Shown here piece by piece: positions 1 through 8,974 of a stretch of 46,250 nt of DNA. Location of the stretch: contig JAWOCZ010000066.1 in the NCBI GenBank assembly GCA_046483565.1, positions 1-46,250 on the forward strand, given 5' to 3'. How positions within the stretch are numbered: the stretch's first letter is position 1; the number at the start of each line of letters is the position of its first letter. Below the pieces are notes generated by a model. That model was not told the DNA's origin. It saw only the letters and a program-made list of their open reading frames with translations, and ran no database searches. The stretch is from Nitriliruptoraceae bacterium (GTDB lineage Bacteria > Actinomycetota > Nitriliruptoria > Nitriliruptorales > Nitriliruptoraceae). The position numbers and the translations under genes are program-made.

Positions 1-84
1 TCGGGCCGCTCGTGCACGGGCTGGACCTGGCGGCCGGCGTTGAGCTCGTAGGACGGGTCGTGGCGCCGGTGGCGGTCGTCCACG
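1..84 (-). CDS. 5-prime fragment (28 codons visible) of a second, divergently oriented HDAC-family gene, truncated by the window edge. Alternatively it is just the non-functional arm of the inverted repeat.
   Basis: The reverse complement of 1..84 starts with GTG and reads VDDRHRRHDPSYELNAGRQVQPVHERPE. This is identical to the N-terminus of the 145..1170 protein except for A3D. Confidence 0.35.
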
Positions 85-227
85 ACGACGGGCAGGCCCG
101 GCGTACCGGGCGAGACGACGCCCGCACCGGGCCTGCCCGTCGTCGTGGACGCCCGCCACCGGCGCCACGACCCGTCCTACGAGCTCAACGCCGGCCGCCA
201 GGTCCAGCCCGTGCACGAGCGGCCCGA
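1..227. repeat. Long inverted repeat. Arm 1..101 is the reverse complement of arm 127..227, with a 25-nt spacer at 102..126. The left arm runs into the window edge.
   Basis: Base-by-base comparison: position i pairs with 228-i. Identity is 100/101, with the single mismatch at 76 versus 152. Confidence 0.95.
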
Positions 228-1170
228 GCGTCTCGACGCGATCCTCGGCGGTCTGCGCGCCGTCGGGATCGAGGAACACGCTCCGGACGCCCATGGCGAC
301 GAGGTGCTCGACGACGTCCACGACCCGGGGATGGTGGCCTACCTGCGCGAGGCCCACCGGGCGTGGCGGGCCGCGGGCGGACCCGAGGTGATGATCGCGG
401 ACACGTTCCGCTCACCGCGGTGGGCCGGTGGCGGCCGTCGTCCCAGCTCCCCGCTGGGCGCGCTCGGCTGGTTCTGCACCGATACCGCGACCCCTCTGGT
501 GGACGGGTCCTACCTCGCCGCCCGGGTGGCCGTCGACGTCGCGTGCACGGCGGTGGACCTGGTGCTCGACGGCACCGGCGTCGCCTACGGACTGACGCGC
601 CCGCCGGGCCACCACGCCGGCCCGGACTACTTCGGCGGGTTCTGCCTGCTCAACCACGCGGCGGTCGCGGCCCGGCGACTGCGGGCACACGGACGGGTGG
701 CGATCCTCGACGTCGACGTGCATCACGGCAACGGCACCCAGGACGTGTTCTGGCGCGATCCGCAGGTGCTCTACCTGTCGGTGCACACCGATCCCGACCA
801 TCAGTACCCCTACTTCTCCGGCTACCCGGACGAGCTGGGGGACGGAGCGGGTCACGGCACGACCCGCAACCTGCCCCTGCCGCCGGGGACCGGCGACGAC
901 GGGATGCTCACCGCCGTCGAGGTGGCCGGCGAACTCGCCGACGCCTTCGACCCGGTCGCGGTGGTGGTGTCGTTGGGCTACGACGCGGCCGCGGTCGACC
1001 CGCTCGGCCAGCTGACGGTGTCACCCGAGGGCTACCGCCGCCTGGGCGCGCTGCTCGGGGCGCTGCAGCGGCCGACCGTGCTGCTCCAGGAGGGTGGGTA
1101 CGCCCTGGACCACCTCGGCGCGCTGGCCACCGGGACCCTGTCGGCGTTCCTCGACGCCCGCGCCCGGTGA
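145..1170 (+). CDS. Histone deacetylase / acetoin-utilisation (AcuC) / acetylpolyamine amidohydrolase family protein
   Basis: 341-aa ORF with a GTG start. Contains the family motifs PPGHHA and DVDVHHGNGTQDVFW. Confidence 0.9.
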   Translation: MDARHRRHDPSYELNAGRQVQPVHERPERLDAILGGLRAVGIEEHAPDAHGDEVLDDVHDPGMVAYLREAHRAWRAAGGPEVMIADTFRSPRWAGGGRRPSSPLGALGWFCTDTATPLVDGSYLAARVAVDVACTAVDLVLDGTGVAYGLTRPPGHHAGPDYFGGFCLLNHAAVAARRLRAHGRVAILDVDVHHGNGTQDVFWRDPQVLYLSVHTDPDHQYPYFSGYPDELGDGAGHGTTRNLPLPPGTGDDGMLTAVEVAGELADAFDPVAVVVSLGYDAAAVDPLGQLTVSPEGYRRLGALLGALQRPTVLLQEGGYALDHLGALATGTLSAFLDARAR

Positions 1171-1251
1171 CCGCGATCGGGCGCTGACCGGACGGGCCGG
1201 GCCGCCCGGCCTACCCTGCGGCGCGCCCGTACCGACCCACCTCGAGGACCC

Positions 1252-2004
1252 GTGAGCGAGCGTCTGACCCGCGAACAGGCGGCACGCCTGCTGCAGGTGA
1301 CGCTGCCGAGCTCCGACGGCCAGGTCAAACGTGCCTACCGTCGGCTCGCGCGGGAGCACCACCCCGACCGCGGAGGCGACGTCCGGATCTTCCACCAGCT
1401 CCAGGCCGCCTTCGAACGGCTGGTGGAGGAGGACCTCAGCGGACCGAGCGTCGCGCGCGGCCGTCCCTCCCGCACGCCGGCCACGGCGCCCAGGGACCCC
1501 AGCCAGGCCGAGCTCGACGCGATCGAGGTCGACCTCACCGTCCCCGACCGGGCCGTCCGGCTGCACCGGGATCTGGTCGCGAGCGCCCTCGCCCGTGCCC
1601 ACACCGCAGCGGTCCGCCCGCTGCGGGCCGCCAGCCGGGCACCCGGCGCTCGGCTGAACCGTGCCGCCGGGGTGATGGCCTCGGACCTCACCGCCACCCT
1701 GCGCATCGAGGTGGTCGCCGACGACCGGGGCCACCCGGTCGTGGCCATCGCGGTCACCGGCGGGGTGCGGCGCGCCCGACGAGCCCTCGAGGACGCGTCG
1801 CTGGAGGGGCTGTGGATCCGACGCCGGCGGACCTCCAGCACCGAGCTGCGCAGCACCCTGGCCCCCCGTGCCGACCGTCGCGAGACCGCGGTCGCCGCCA
1901 CCGCCCGTCTCGTCCGGTTGCTCGACTCGGTGTCCTGGCCCCTCGAGCAGTGGGTCCTGACACCGAGCGGCACCGACCTTCGACAGCCTGCCGATGGCGG
2001 CTGA
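1252..2004 (+). CDS. J-domain (DnaJ N-terminal domain) protein with a non-conserved C-terminal region
   Basis: N-terminus reads KRAYRRLAREHHPDRGGD (HPD motif). GTG start preceded by GAGGAC. Confidence 0.8.
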   Translation: MSERLTREQAARLLQVTLPSSDGQVKRAYRRLAREHHPDRGGDVRIFHQLQAAFERLVEEDLSGPSVARGRPSRTPATAPRDPSQAELDAIEVDLTVPDRAVRLHRDLVASALARAHTAAVRPLRAASRAPGARLNRAAGVMASDLTATLRIEVVADDRGHPVVAIAVTGGVRRARRALEDASLEGLWIRRRRTSSTELRSTLAPRADRRETAVAATARLVRLLDSVSWPLEQWVLTPSGTDLRQPADGG

Positions 2005-2022
2005 GTCCAGGCGACGCAGCGG

Positions 2023-2736
2023 TCAGCAGGCTCCCGGTGGCACCAGCTCGCTGCCGTTCTCGAGCCGTTCGAGGAGCGTCGCGACGGGGACGGCCAGGCC
2101 GATGCCGGCGTCCACCTCGATCGCGAAGACCACGCCGACGACGAGACCCTCCCGGTCCACCAGCGGGCCCCCGGAGTTGCCCTGGGCGATGTCGACCTCC
2201 ACCCGGATGACCTCGGCGGGTTCACCGAGCACGGTCCCGTCGACCATCCCGAGCACGCGCCCCGGACTGACACGGGCCGGCCCCCCACCCGGATAGCCGA
2301 CGGCGAACACCTCCTCCCCCCGTCGCACCGGATCGGGACGTAGCTCGGCCACCGGCACGTCGCCGGCGTCCTCGAGCTGCAGCAGCGCGAGATCCGAGTC
2401 GGTGGCCACCCCTGCCACGTCGGCCGACAGCGAGCGCCCGTCCCAGGTGTTGAGGGTGACCTCCCGTGGCTGGCCCACCACGTGGCGGTTGGTCACGACG
2501 ATCCCGCCGGGGAGCACGAACCCGGATCCCAGGCCGAACTGCTCGCAGCCGAGCGAACGGACCCGGACGGTCACCTCCTGTACCCGCCGCTCCGTCGAGT
2601 CGGCCGCGATCTCGGGGAGTTCGCGGTCCTCCACCTCGATGGCGGACGGGGCAACGAGGGGTTGGGCCGGTGGCGCCACGCAGGCCGCCGCTACCACGGC
2701 GACCAGGATCCCCGCCCAGGGCCGACGGGAGGTCAC
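2023..2736 (-). CDS. Secreted or membrane-anchored trypsin-like serine protease (S1C/HtrA-like catalytic domain, no PDZ seen)
   Basis: GNSGGPLV catalytic-serine motif, TNRHVV histidine region, and a hydrophobic N-terminal signal/anchor (WAGILVAVVAAACVAPP). GTG start at 2736 overlaps the upstream stop as GTGA. The rest of maximal ORF 2023..3603 is Arg-rich junk. Confidence 0.85.
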   Translation of the reverse strand: MTSRRPWAGILVAVVAAACVAPPAQPLVAPSAIEVEDRELPEIAADSTERRVQEVTVRVRSLGCEQFGLGSGFVLPGGIVVTNRHVVGQPREVTLNTWDGRSLSADVAGVATDSDLALLQLEDAGDVPVAELRPDPVRRGEEVFAVGYPGGGPARVSPGRVLGMVDGTVLGEPAEVIRVEVDIAQGNSGGPLVDREGLVVGVVFAIEVDAGIGLAVPVATLLERLENGSELVPPGAC

Positions 2737-3515
2737 GGACGCAGCAGGCGATCGGCGGCCGCCTCGGCGTCGGCTGCGGCCGTGCGGGCCTGGTTGCAGA
2801 AGCGGGTGACCTCGCCGGCGCGGGTGTTCAGCGTCTCGACGTCCACGGGCTGGTCGGCCGCAGCCCGGTTGAACGCGTCGACGGACGCCGTCTGCAGCTC
2901 GAACAGCTGGGTGACGCAGCTGTCGAGGGAACTGGTGGCATCCGCGACGAGCTCCGAGAGCTCGATGAACACATCGCGCTCGACCTGCACGGTGGTCGCG
3001 GTGTCCTCGGCCCGGGCCTTCTCGTCGGCCAGGCTCCGGACCCGTTCCTCGAGCTCGCCCACGTCGCGCTCGGAGCTGGCGAGCGACTCGAGCGTCTCGT
3101 CGAGCCGGCCCACCACGTCCCGGCGCTGGTCCACCACCTCGTCGCGCTGATCCTCGAGCGCGACCGCGCGCGCCTGCCACTCCGCAGCGACATCGCGCTG
3201 GTCGAGGGCGATCAGGCTCGCCGTGACGGCGCCACCCGTGGCCAGCACCGCCAGCAGCACGAGCGCCACGGTCCATCCACGACCACGCCGGCCGGGAGGC
3301 GAGGGTGACCGCCCGTCCGACCCGGGCGCGGGGGGGAAAGCGGGCGATCCGGGCGAGGCGGGCGACCCGGGCGATCCGGGCGATCCGGGCGCCCCGGACG
3401 CCGGGGGTGACGCGGAGGATCCGGGCGAGGCGGGCGACCCGGGAGCGGCGGACGGTCCGGACGCCGGGGGTGACGCGGAGGGTCCAGCCGACGACGTTGG
3501 CGTCGCGGCGGGCAT
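2733..3515 (-). CDS. Single-pass membrane protein with a Pro/Ser/Gly-rich N-terminal tail and a long acidic coiled-coil C-terminal region
   Basis: ORF 2733..3671. An ATG at 3515 is the most plausible start. It has one TM helix (WTVALVLLAVLATGGAVTASLIAL), then heptad-like E/R/D/L-rich sequence. No family recognised. Confidence 0.6.
   Translation of the reverse strand: MPAATPTSSAGPSASPPASGPSAAPGSPASPGSSASPPASGAPGSPGSPGSPASPGSPAFPPAPGSDGRSPSPPGRRGRGWTVALVLLAVLATGGAVTASLIALDQRDVAAEWQARAVALEDQRDEVVDQRRDVVGRLDETLESLASSERDVGELEERVRSLADEKARAEDTATTVQVERDVFIELSELVADATSSLDSCVTQLFELQTASVDAFNRAAADQPVDVETLNTRAGEVTRFCNQARTAAADAEAAADRLLRP
3346..3481. repeat. Imperfect tandem duplication (about 63-72 nt period) inside the PS-rich coding region
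   Basis: gatccgggcgaggcgggcgacccggg occurs at 3346..3371 and 3418..3443. ggacgccgggggtgacgcggagg occurs at 3396..3418 and 3459..3481. Confidence 0.9.
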
Positions 3516-3733
3516 GACAGCCCAGGGATCTTGCTGCACCAGTGGGGTCCTCCTGCGGCCGGGTCGCGTCGGACGGGTCGCGTCGGACGTGCGATGCCGA
3601 CACCCCGATGATGCCACCTCGCGGACGCGCCGCTGACCATCTCGGTCACCGCCGTGCGACCCGGGTCCCACGAGGTCACACGACCTCCCCCATCCGGTCG
3701 CGCCGATAGGGCAGGCTGCGGTCCTGCGGATGG

Positions 3734-3759
3734 CTCGACCTACCGCCTCGACCTACCGC
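3734..3759. repeat. Perfect 13-nt tandem duplication (ctcgacctaccgc x2) in a divergent intergenic region
   Basis: 3734..3746 and 3747..3759 are identical. They lie 72-97 nt upstream of the GTG at 3831. Confidence 0.9.
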
Positions 3760-3830
3760 ACGGTGGCCATGCCAAGCCGGTCGCCACCCCCCGAAAAGCG
3801 CGTCGCGAACCACCGTCAGAGGAGTAGCCG

Positions 3831-4427
3831 GTGCCTGTCGAAGAAGCCCCGAGCACGGTCCACGATCTCCTGCGCACCGCTGCGGCTGCCGATGCGCGGG
3901 CTGCGCGCGATGTGCTGCGACGCATCGACGGGGTCCGTCTGCTCGAGCTGGTCGTCACCCAGGCGGAGCTGGCCGTGGACGACGAGCATGGCCGTCCGGC
4001 CGGCATCGACGCGGTCGGCGACCTCACCCGGGCGGCCATCGAGGTGCTGGGGCTCCCCCAGGGAGCCGCGCTCGAGCTCGACGACGAGGACACCGGCGGC
4101 CCACCCACGGTCACCGGATGGGAACTCGTCACCGTTGACCCCGAGCAGCTCCGTGCGGCGACGTTGACCATGACGGTGCCCGCCTGGACGCTGGCGCTGG
4201 TGGCCTTCGTCGATGGCGTCGACGCCGACGGCACCATCGACCGACACGCCGTCGCGGCCGCCGCCGATGGACGGTGCGTACAGGCCCGGATCAGCATGAC
4301 CGATCACCTCGATGCTCCGCAGCTGCAGACCGCCGTGCTGACCCAAGATCCCCTGGCGCTCGGCGCCGATGCCGATCTGGCATCCGCCCTGCAGGCCAGC
4401 CTGCGCGATGCCGCGCGGGGCGTGTGA
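3831..4427 (+). CDS. Hypothetical acidic protein (198 aa), no family recognised
   Basis: GTG start preceded by GAGGAG. Composition is protein-like (Ala/Asp/Leu-rich, few Arg), in contrast to the overlapping Arg/Pro-rich ORFs. Confidence 0.55.
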   Translation: MPVEEAPSTVHDLLRTAAAADARAARDVLRRIDGVRLLELVVTQAELAVDDEHGRPAGIDAVGDLTRAAIEVLGLPQGAALELDDEDTGGPPTVTGWELVTVDPEQLRAATLTMTVPAWTLALVAFVDGVDADGTIDRHAVAAAADGRCVQARISMTDHLDAPQLQTAVLTQDPLALGADADLASALQASLRDAARGV

Positions 4428-4567
4428 GCGCCCGGGAGCCCCAGCACCACGAGCCGCCCGCGCGCCGAGCTCCCCGCGCGCCGAGCGCACGAGCCGGTGT
4501 CGGACCTGGTGCCGGCAGGGTCACGGGTTGGGCGCCACCCGGCTACGGGTGACAGACTGCGCCGGCC

Positions 4568-6727
4568 ATGACCCGCCCGACACACACGAGACGAGCTTCC
4601 CGGTTGTCTACCCGCGCCCGCTTCCGTCCCCACCCACGCGGCTTCGGTTTCGCCGATCCCGTCGCTGAGGACACCCTGACCGAGATCCCGGCGAGCATCA
4701 CCGACGAGGCCGGTCGCCGCACGGAGATCGATCGCGTCTTCGTGCCACCGCCGACGGCCAAGGGCCTGCTGGCCGACGACCTCCTCGACCTCGAGGTCGA
4801 CATCGACGACAAGGGTGCGTCAGCCCGGTCGGTCACCGTCGTCTCGCGTCCACGCAAGATGCTGGTCGGCACGGTCCAGCGTGGTCCCGGGCGACTGGTC
4901 CTGGAGCCCAACCACGCGCTCGGCACCGGCTGGATCGACCTGGAACCGGGCGTGACGAACAAGGTGGAGCAGGCCGTCGGTCGCCAGATCGTGGTACTGA
5001 CCGGCGAACGGGAGGACGGCGCACCGCTCGGCCGCGCGCTGGTCGCAGGCCCCCACGTCGTCGGCTCGCCCCAGGCCATCCGAGCCGCCAGCGTCGTGGT
5101 CGCGCTGGGCCGCGCCGCACCGTCGCTGGTCCCCGGCGGCCCCGCCGCTGCCGGACTGGCTCCAGCCGATGCGGAGACGACCCATCTACGCGTCATCGGG
5201 CTCCTGGCCGGTGGTGGCCGGGGCGGCGCCGCTGGGCTCGATACCTCTGGGCCACTCCCCGGGGTGGAGGCACCGTGGGTGGAACGCCGGGACGAACCGT
5301 GTGTGACCGTCGACAGTGCGAGCACCCGCGACATGGACGACGCGATCGCCGCCAGCTGGGACGGCGCCCCCGACACCCCGGTCCACGTGGCGATCCACAT
5401 CGCCGACGTCGCCCGCGCGATCGGGATCGGCTCCCCCGCCGACCGTTACGCCCGGGTCGTGGCCTCCACCGCCTACCTCGCGATCGGTGAGAACGCCCCG
5501 ATGCTCGATCCGGCCCTGTCCGAGGGGGCGTTGTCGCTGCTGCCGAACGAGGACCGCTGGGCCATCTCGGCCCGGTTCGATGTCGCCGCCGACGGTTCGA
5601 TCTCCGAGGTTGCGGTGGAGTCCGCCGCGGTCCGCTCGGTTGCCAAGCTCTCCTACGGCTCGCTGGAGGCGTGGCTCGACGGCGACCAAGAGGACCTCCA
5701 CACCGAAGCCGGCGAGGCAGCCCCGGTGGCGGACGAGGTGCTCACGGCCGCGGTCGAGGCCTCCCGCCGGCTCGGCGCGGAGCGGGACGGACGCGTCACC
5801 TTCGAGGAGCTGTTCGAGGACGCCGAGGTGGAGCCCGCCCTGGTCGACGGCCGGCTCGCCACCGTGGCAGCCACCCCGCACGCCGAGGCCTACCGGCAGG
5901 TCGAGCGGCTGATGGTCGCGGCGAACGAGGCCGTGGCGAGCTGGCTGATCGCTCGCGAGGTCCCGGCGCTGTACCGCGCCCACGCGGGACTGGCCGTCGA
6001 CCGACTGGAACGACTCCGCGCCGCGGTCGAGCTGGCAGGGGCCGAGGTGCCCGCCCTCGACGACCCCGACGCCGAAGCCGACGTCGTCGTGGGGCAGCTC
6101 ATCGCCGCGATCGATGCCGCCGACGCAGCGGGTCGCGCCGCCGAACGCGACCTGCTCGTCTCCGTGGCCGCGGGCTCCACGGCCCGTGCCTCCTACGAGC
6201 CCGACCCGTCAGCGCACACCGGTCTGGCGTCCTCCGCCTACACCCACTTCACCTCCCCGATCCGTCGCTACGCCGACCTGGTCGTCCACCGCCAGATCCG
6301 GGCCGCCCTGGCCGAGGAGACCCCGCCCCACACCGCCGCCGAGTTGGGCCCGCTCGCCGGTTGGCTCGACGCCCGCGCCGGCGCGATGCGGTTCCTCCAG
6401 TCACGTGAACGCGGGGACCTGTGGTCGCGCCTGTTCGACCGCGGGTTCCTGGACGATCCGGAGCTGGCGACGGTGACGGGCATCACGACCAACGGCCTGA
6501 AGGTGCGGCTCCCGCGCCTCGGGGTGACCGGCTTCGTGACGGCGGAACGGGCGCTGGATCTCCCCCCGAAGCAGCGCGGCACACTGACCGTGGATCAGCA
6601 CGGCCTGACGACGACGTCCGGCCCGTGGCAGGTCGGGGGTCGGCTGACGGTGCGCTTCGCCGGCTTGGATCCGACCGGCCGACCGAACTGGCGGCTCGGT
6701 CCTTCACCTGCGGATGCCATCGGCTGA
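4568..6727 (+). CDS. RNB-domain 3-prime to 5-prime exoribonuclease (RNase II / RNase R family)
   Basis: 719-aa ORF. RNB catalytic motifs DMDDAIAA and YTHFTSPIRRYADLVVHRQI, plus an S1-like C-terminal segment. Confidence 0.9.
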   Translation: MTRPTHTRRASRLSTRARFRPHPRGFGFADPVAEDTLTEIPASITDEAGRRTEIDRVFVPPPTAKGLLADDLLDLEVDIDDKGASARSVTVVSRPRKMLVGTVQRGPGRLVLEPNHALGTGWIDLEPGVTNKVEQAVGRQIVVLTGEREDGAPLGRALVAGPHVVGSPQAIRAASVVVALGRAAPSLVPGGPAAAGLAPADAETTHLRVIGLLAGGGRGGAAGLDTSGPLPGVEAPWVERRDEPCVTVDSASTRDMDDAIAASWDGAPDTPVHVAIHIADVARAIGIGSPADRYARVVASTAYLAIGENAPMLDPALSEGALSLLPNEDRWAISARFDVAADGSISEVAVESAAVRSVAKLSYGSLEAWLDGDQEDLHTEAGEAAPVADEVLTAAVEASRRLGAERDGRVTFEELFEDAEVEPALVDGRLATVAATPHAEAYRQVERLMVAANEAVASWLIAREVPALYRAHAGLAVDRLERLRAAVELAGAEVPALDDPDAEADVVVGQLIAAIDAADAAGRAAERDLLVSVAAGSTARASYEPDPSAHTGLASSAYTHFTSPIRRYADLVVHRQIRAALAEETPPHTAAELGPLAGWLDARAGAMRFLQSRERGDLWSRLFDRGFLDDPELATVTGITTNGLKVRLPRLGVTGFVTAERALDLPPKQRGTLTVDQHGLTTTSGPWQVGGRLTVRFAGLDPTGRPNWRLGPSPADAIG

Positions 6728-6742
6728 CCCCCGGCTCACGCC

Positions 6743-6898
6743 CGGATCGGGTGCAGAACACCCCGGAAATCGGGGCAACACGCACCCAACCGGCTCGGAC
6801 ACCCGCGCGCGAGACCCGTCACCCGCGCGCGGACCGGGCACCCCCACGGATCGGGTGCAGAACACCCCGGAAACCGGGGCAACACGCACCCAACCGGC
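6743..6898. repeat. Two direct copies (6743..6794 and 6847..6898) of a 52-nt unit. Each unit folds as an extended imperfect hairpin. They lie between convergent genes and may be bidirectional terminators or a REP-like element.
   Basis: 51/52 identical, with the only difference at 6770 t versus 6874 c. Within the unit: CCGG/CCGG, GGGTGC/GCACCC and CCCCGG-AAA-CCGGGG stems, separated by a 6x6 internal loop. Confidence 0.85.
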
Positions 6899-6919
6899 CG
6901 GGCACGGGCGCGCGCCGGG

Positions 6920-8974
6920 TCAGAGCAGGCGCCGCGGGATGACACGGTCGAAGCTGCGCGCGGCCACGCGCGTCTCGCCCTCGTAGGCATCGAGGGTGGC
7001 GCGGATCCGGAAATCCTGGGCCGTACAGGTCAGCACCGTGCGGGTCCGGGTCTGCACGTCCCAGTCCCCCCGCACGAACCGCCGCACGCTCTCCACCTCG
7101 CCACGCACGCTGGTCGGGTCGTCGTCGATGTAGCAGTACCGCTCCTCGGTGGAGCTGTGGACCTCGAGCGCGATGTCGTCGAGGCGGTAGGCGCCCTCGT
7201 CCTTACAGGTCTCGACGACGGTCTCGGTGCTGACGAGATCGCGCACCACACGCCAGGCGTAGTCGCGGGGCACGAGCTGGGTCTGGGAAGGCGGCTCGCT
7301 GCCCTCGGGAGGCTCGAACGGCCGGAGCGCTGCCTCCTCGCTGGGCCGCGGCGCCCGGACCGGGAGCAGGAGCCGGCTCGCCGCCGGATCGACGGTCAGC
7401 CGGACCGGTGTCGGCGATGGCCACGCCACGGGCCAGTAGGAGGTGGACACCTGCAGCCGCAGACGGTGACCGGCCGCGAAGTGGTGCGCCACCTCGTTGA
7501 GCTGGACCTTCACCCGGTACCGCTCCCCCGGCACCAGCGGCTCGGGGTGTTCGTGGGAGTCTCGGTGACAGAGGTTCTCCAGGCCGTAGGTCACGCGGTT
7601 GACGGAGTCGTCGGGCAGCCGGTCCGACAGGCGCACCGCGAGCATCGCGACCGGCTGGTCGACGCTCAGCTCGAGCTCGACGACCGGGGCCCCGAGGATC
7701 TCCAACGGCTCGGTGAGCACGGTCGAGTCGAAGTTCAGCGACCCGCCGTCCTCCTCGCGCTGGTCGACGGGTAGGTCAGGGGTGGCGGTGAACGACGCCC
7801 ACTTGCCCGCGTACAGCCCGAGGGACAACGGCGAGGAGATCTCATGGGGGCGCGCGTCGTTGGGTGCCTCGTCGATGTCGGTGAACAGGCCGGCATCCCC
7901 GAGGCCGAGCTCCCGCTCCACCACGCCCGACGACGGCCAGGCCGGCTCCGAGACCCACCGGCCCGGGCGGTGCTGCACGTCCAGTGCCGGTGGGATCGGG
8001 TCCTGCATCCAGGCGAGCACCTCGGGCTCCTCGTCGATGCCGTTGTCGATGCCCTTCAGCCAGCGGTCCCACCAGCGCACGCACTCCTGCAGGAACCCGA
8101 TGGCGGGACCCGGGACGCCGAGGTGGGGGTACTTGTGGCTCCAGGGCCCCACGAGCCCCCGCCGCGGCACGCCCTCGGCCAGGTTCGCCAGCAACCGGAA
8201 CACGCTGTTGGAGTACCCGTCGGCCCAGCCCGACACGGTGAGCACGGGCACCTGGATCGCGTCGAGATCCTCGGCCACGGACCCGTGCCGCCAGTAGTCG
8301 TCCCGGTGCTGATGCTCGAGCCATGTCTCCAGCCACATGCCGGAGCCCTCCAGACGCGCCAGCCACATCTCACGCCACTGCTCCCCCACCAGCAGGGGGT
8401 CGGGTGGACACGAGGTGTTGGCGAACATCGAGGCCGCCCAGGACAGGTTGTCGCTGAGCAGACATCCGCCCATGTAGTGCACGTCGTCGGCGTAACGGTC
8501 GTCGGTCGAGCAGACCGTCACGATCGCCCCGAGTGCCGGGGGCTGCAACGCCGCCAGCTGCAGACCGTTGAACCCGCCCCAGGACTTGCCGATCATCCCG
8601 ACCCGACCGTCGCACCACGGCTGCTCCGCCAACCAGCTGATGATCTCGAGCCCGTCGTCCAGCTCCTGCTGTAGGTACTCGTCGGTCAGCACCCCCTCCG
8701 AATCGCCCGAGCCACGCAGGTCGACCCGCACGCAGACGTAGCCGTGACCGGCGACGTAGGGGTGGCTGAGGCCATCGCGGTAGGCGGTCTTGTCCCGCTT
8801 GCGATAGGGGATGTACTCGAGAACGGCGGGGACCGGCTCGTGCTCGGCACCGACCGGCTGCCAACGCCGGGCGGCCAGCCGGGTGCCGTCCGCCATGGTG
8901 ATGGTGAAGTGTTCGACCTCCTCCACCGGGTGCGGCAGGTCGCGCCAGGCACGGGTCTGCAGAGGTGTGGTCAT
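6920..8974 (-). CDS. CocE/NonD family hydrolase (peptidase S15, X-Pro dipeptidyl-peptidase-like)
   Basis: 684-aa ORF. Nucleophile elbow GKSWGG, and overall length and architecture typical of the family. Its ATG overlaps the upstream stop (ATGA at 8971..8974). Confidence 0.9.
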   Translation of the reverse strand: MTTPLQTRAWRDLPHPVEEVEHFTITMADGTRLAARRWQPVGAEHEPVPAVLEYIPYRKRDKTAYRDGLSHPYVAGHGYVCVRVDLRGSGDSEGVLTDEYLQQELDDGLEIISWLAEQPWCDGRVGMIGKSWGGFNGLQLAALQPPALGAIVTVCSTDDRYADDVHYMGGCLLSDNLSWAASMFANTSCPPDPLLVGEQWREMWLARLEGSGMWLETWLEHQHRDDYWRHGSVAEDLDAIQVPVLTVSGWADGYSNSVFRLLANLAEGVPRRGLVGPWSHKYPHLGVPGPAIGFLQECVRWWDRWLKGIDNGIDEEPEVLAWMQDPIPPALDVQHRPGRWVSEPAWPSSGVVERELGLGDAGLFTDIDEAPNDARPHEISSPLSLGLYAGKWASFTATPDLPVDQREEDGGSLNFDSTVLTEPLEILGAPVVELELSVDQPVAMLAVRLSDRLPDDSVNRVTYGLENLCHRDSHEHPEPLVPGERYRVKVQLNEVAHHFAAGHRLRLQVSTSYWPVAWPSPTPVRLTVDPAASRLLLPVRAPRPSEEAALRPFEPPEGSEPPSQTQLVPRDYAWRVVRDLVSTETVVETCKDEGAYRLDDIALEVHSSTEERYCYIDDDPTSVRGEVESVRRFVRGDWDVQTRTRTVLTCTAQDFRIRATLDAYEGETRVAARSFDRVIPRRLL

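Noticed and set aside
12-1187. A 391-aa ORF and many similar long ORFs throughout the track. Examples: 16641..19190 plus strand (849 aa), 37137..39533 minus (798 aa), 42954..45023 plus (689 aa), 11790..13403 minus (537 aa), 32639..34327 minus (562 aa).
   Set aside because: These are extremely Arg/Pro/Gly/Ala-rich translations with no motifs. They lie antisense to, or out of frame with, genes that have clear family signatures. This is the typical stop-codon-poor alternative-frame pattern of very high-GC DNA.
2715-2736. A lipoprotein lipobox in the protease N-terminus (VVAAACVAPP).
   Set aside because: The residues before the Cys (A-A-A-C) do not fit the canonical L/V/I-A/S/T-G/A-C lipobox at position -3. 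I kept it only as a generic signal/anchor sequence.
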